Source: Raillietiella orientalis
Lineage: Eukaryota
Assembly (NCBI GenBank): GCA_036172245.1
Contig: JAYWIR010000002.1
Location: 1,488,001 to 1,552,000 of the forward strand
Length of the DNA stretch: 64,000 nt
Reading direction: 5' to 3'
In this document: positions 61,430 to 64,000 of the stretch, one piece after another
Position numbering within the stretch: position 1 is the first letter of the stretch
Layout: each line of letters opens with the position of its first letter
Made by a program: the position numbers and the translations under genes
Notes under the pieces: model-generated
What the model was told of the DNA's origin: nothing
What the model saw: the letters and a program-made list of their open reading frames with translations, nothing else
Database searches by the model: none

Positions 61430-64000
61430 TCACAGGTAGAATCCCACAAGGAATGACGTCAGGCACATCAGGAGCACTGCGTTGGCGTTGGCGAGTCTGA
61501 GAGGGAAGAGATCTCCCATCATGGGTGGGGTCTGGATGGGTAAGAGGGAAACGAGGCAGGTGGAGGCAGCAATGGAAAGAAAGAGCAGAATCGTCGCTCG
61601 GCGGAAGGAGATTCCTGGCTTTGATGACGTTGGCGCGTGGATCACTTCCTCCATTTGAAGATGAAGGAAGGAAGGAGAAGTGGAGAGGATCCGCCGGTCG
61701 AACCATCACCCTCCTCAGCTCACCTCAGAATGCACCCTCCCCCCCACACACACGTCTCAACCTCTCCTTTCACCTGGTACACCCACTAAGACACTACGTC
61801 TCACCTCCTCCATTTGGGAATCTCCTTCCGGACGCCAGCGACCCTCCTCTCTTCCTCCTCGGGCGGCACTGATCTGGAAGGACGATCTTCTCGCGAGGTC
61901 TTGTCGTTAAGACAGCAGAGTACTCTCAGCGTGCGACCCCATTTAGAGGAGAGGTGAGCTGTGCTGGAGGTGAGTTCCCCTGAAGGATGCCCATCCTCTG
62001 ATTTTCGGGGGTGAGAGAGAGGGGTCCCTCGGAGGGAATACTGCACCAACCTGGCAGGGGATCCTCGAGACGGGTCTCTTTGTTGCCTCCGCCTTCCCGG
62101 GTAGCGGAACCCGGGATCTGCCTTCTCGGTTCCCTCACGTTCCTCGTCCAGAAGGTTAGCCGGTAGATCTGCAACAGCAAGATACGGAAGGAGGAAAAGA
62201 GAAATGCGGGGTCAGAGGCTCTGCAGAGGGCGTCCGTTTTGGGAAACGGCAGGGGCGGGAGGGCGATGGCGTGCTCGGGACTCGAGGCAGCACTCCCTTC
62301 TCCTCCCCTTTCTTCGATTGTCCTTGGGCCTCGGGGATGCCGGTAGGGGATCCTCCTGTGCTGTGGCGTGAGAGGTCGAGTGCCGGTGAGGCGGACGCGT
62401 GATCGTGCCCCAAGCGCTCGGGCAGGACGCCGCGCTGGCTTGCGAGAGCGCCCACAAAGGTCGAGCTCGTCCCTTATAGGCTACCGGAAGAGACCCAGGA
62501 AAAAACGGAGGGGGTCAGAAAAAAGGTCCGAGAGCGTCCTTGGGGGGTGTCGACACCTCGCGTTCCCTCCTCGCGCCCAGAAGAGAGCCGTCGCGGAGGA
62601 GCTGTCAACGGATGCTGCGTCCAGGATACTCGTCCAGGCCTTGACCTTCCGCCTCCATCAGGTCTCTGAGATGGTGGCATTTCCCGGTGGTGGCCGGCTC
62701 CAGGCATGCGGTCATAGTGGTGTGGCGGCGGCTACTGCAGGGTGCGAGGAAGTTCTGAAAACGGGGTGAGGGATTGGGAAAGGAGAAAGAGAATGGGGGA
62801 TCCTCCACGCTGAATGGAAAAGGGCCCTTGCGCTCGAAGATGGTCTGGCCACAGCGGCACGTGCCACTGGCAGCGCTGGGAGGGTTCGGCGCTTCCCTTA
62901 CGCATTCCTCCGGGATGGGCTCCGTCAAGCTGCTGATCCCGATCGCGACAACGATGCAGAACAGGAAGAGGAAGAAGCCGAAGTGGAGGTAGTGGACTTC
63001 TCCGACAGCCACCCTGAGAATCCAAGGCCTCGGGTCGGGTGCGTCTGGAACAGGTGAGACCAGCAGCCGGTGCAACGCCTGCGGCTCCCGGTCGATCGCG
63101 TCCTCCGCCGCCGCGGCGCGGCGCGCACGTACTTTGCCCGCTCACCTGAGCCGCAGACCGGGACCTCGTAGCTGAATTCCAGGGCAAACCTCAGAGCGCC
63201 GACCGCAAGGCCGATCATGAGTGACCAGAAGGCGCCCTGGAGCAGAGAAGGAGCGTCAGCGGAAGCCGGCATCGTCTCAGGGTCGGCGAAGCTCAGAGAG
63301 GCTCATGAGGGAGTGCTTGGAGAGGAAGAGAGGGGCAGAGTCGGTCCCCAAATGCGATGGTGGCGCCCTCTCGGCCATCCCATCTACCGCAGGACGAGCC
63401 CGTCGGACCGCCATCGTCTTTGCGCGCGTCGGGAAACCTCCCGCACCGCTTGCTCTTCCTCTCCTTTGCCCTTTGTTTCCAACCCTTTACCTCCCTCCTC
63501 CCCTTCCCCGGTAGCGGGTGACTTTGATGGCGCTCCAGGAGCGGCCCTCGGGTGGCTGCGCCCGCAGGGAAGCCTGGAGTGAGCATGCCATGGCTGAGCG
63601 AGCGACCCATCCTACCCACGTCCTCCACCCCTCCTAAGGGGCTGGAAGGCTCTCCGTCCTCCCTTTCCTCCTGCAGCAAATACGAATTTTTCCCCGTGCT
63701 TCCCGATTGCGCCACAGGGAGCGCCCTGAGGATCCCTCACCCCTGTTGTGAGGACGGGGACACCGAAGCAACGCCCACCACCTCCCTCGCTGCCTGGGAA
63801 ACCGGTGGTCCTCTATCTCTCCCTGCGACCCCTTTCTCTCTCTTCACGGCTCCTGGCCTCTCATCGACCTGCGGTTCCCTCCTGCCAAAGCTCCCGTTCG
63901 CAGGTTCCCGGACAACCTCTCCCTCCCTCCTCCCTGCCCCTAGCCCCTTGCCTTCTCGTTCACGTAGGACGTGGACAGCGCCAGCACGTAGACGGCGCAG
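61430..64000 (-). CDS. SLC5 (SGLT/SMIT-like) sodium:solute symporter, 3' part; 5' end lies beyond the window
   Basis: Exons 64000-63952 (CAVYVLALSTSYVNEK), 63236-63146 (GAFWSLMIGLAVGALRFALEFSY..P.CG), 63044-62902 (VHYLHFGFFLF...SSLTEPIPEEC), 62168-62051 (IYRLTFWTR), 61979-61805 (..KEIPKWR) and 61496-61430 (LANANAVLLMCLTSFLVGFYL*). Motif order matches the SGLT C-terminal helices. Confidence 0.9.

Overview
Eukaryotic (metazoan, arthropod-like) genomic DNA with two sharply different compartments. The GC/CpG-rich part (1 to ~42 kb) holds an intron-containing tRNA-Tyr(GTA), a ~650-bp local duplication whose second copy is flanked by a 14-bp direct repeat, a decayed L1/Tx1-type LINE, a foldback inverted repeat and a complete Notch gene. 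I reconstruct Notch as 13 coding exons (18801-36922, 2448 aa): signal peptide, 36 EGF, 3 LNR, HD, TM, RAM, ANK and PEST. An AT-rich, CpG-poor block (~43.3-59.5 kb) packs four genes (TMEM132, MRPL16, ERAL1, UBE4A) with introns as short as 38-46 nt. Two diverged direct copies of one repeat bracket this block. GC-rich DNA resumes at ~60 kb with the 3' part of an SLC5 sodium:solute symporter on the minus strand. Main oddities: the compartment structure, no S1 furin loop in Notch, two GC-AG introns with the same AG|GCAAGG donor, convergent stop codons only 11 bp apart, and a perfect intronic hairpin. No CRISPR or prokaryotic system is supported. All calls are by eye; no database searches were run.
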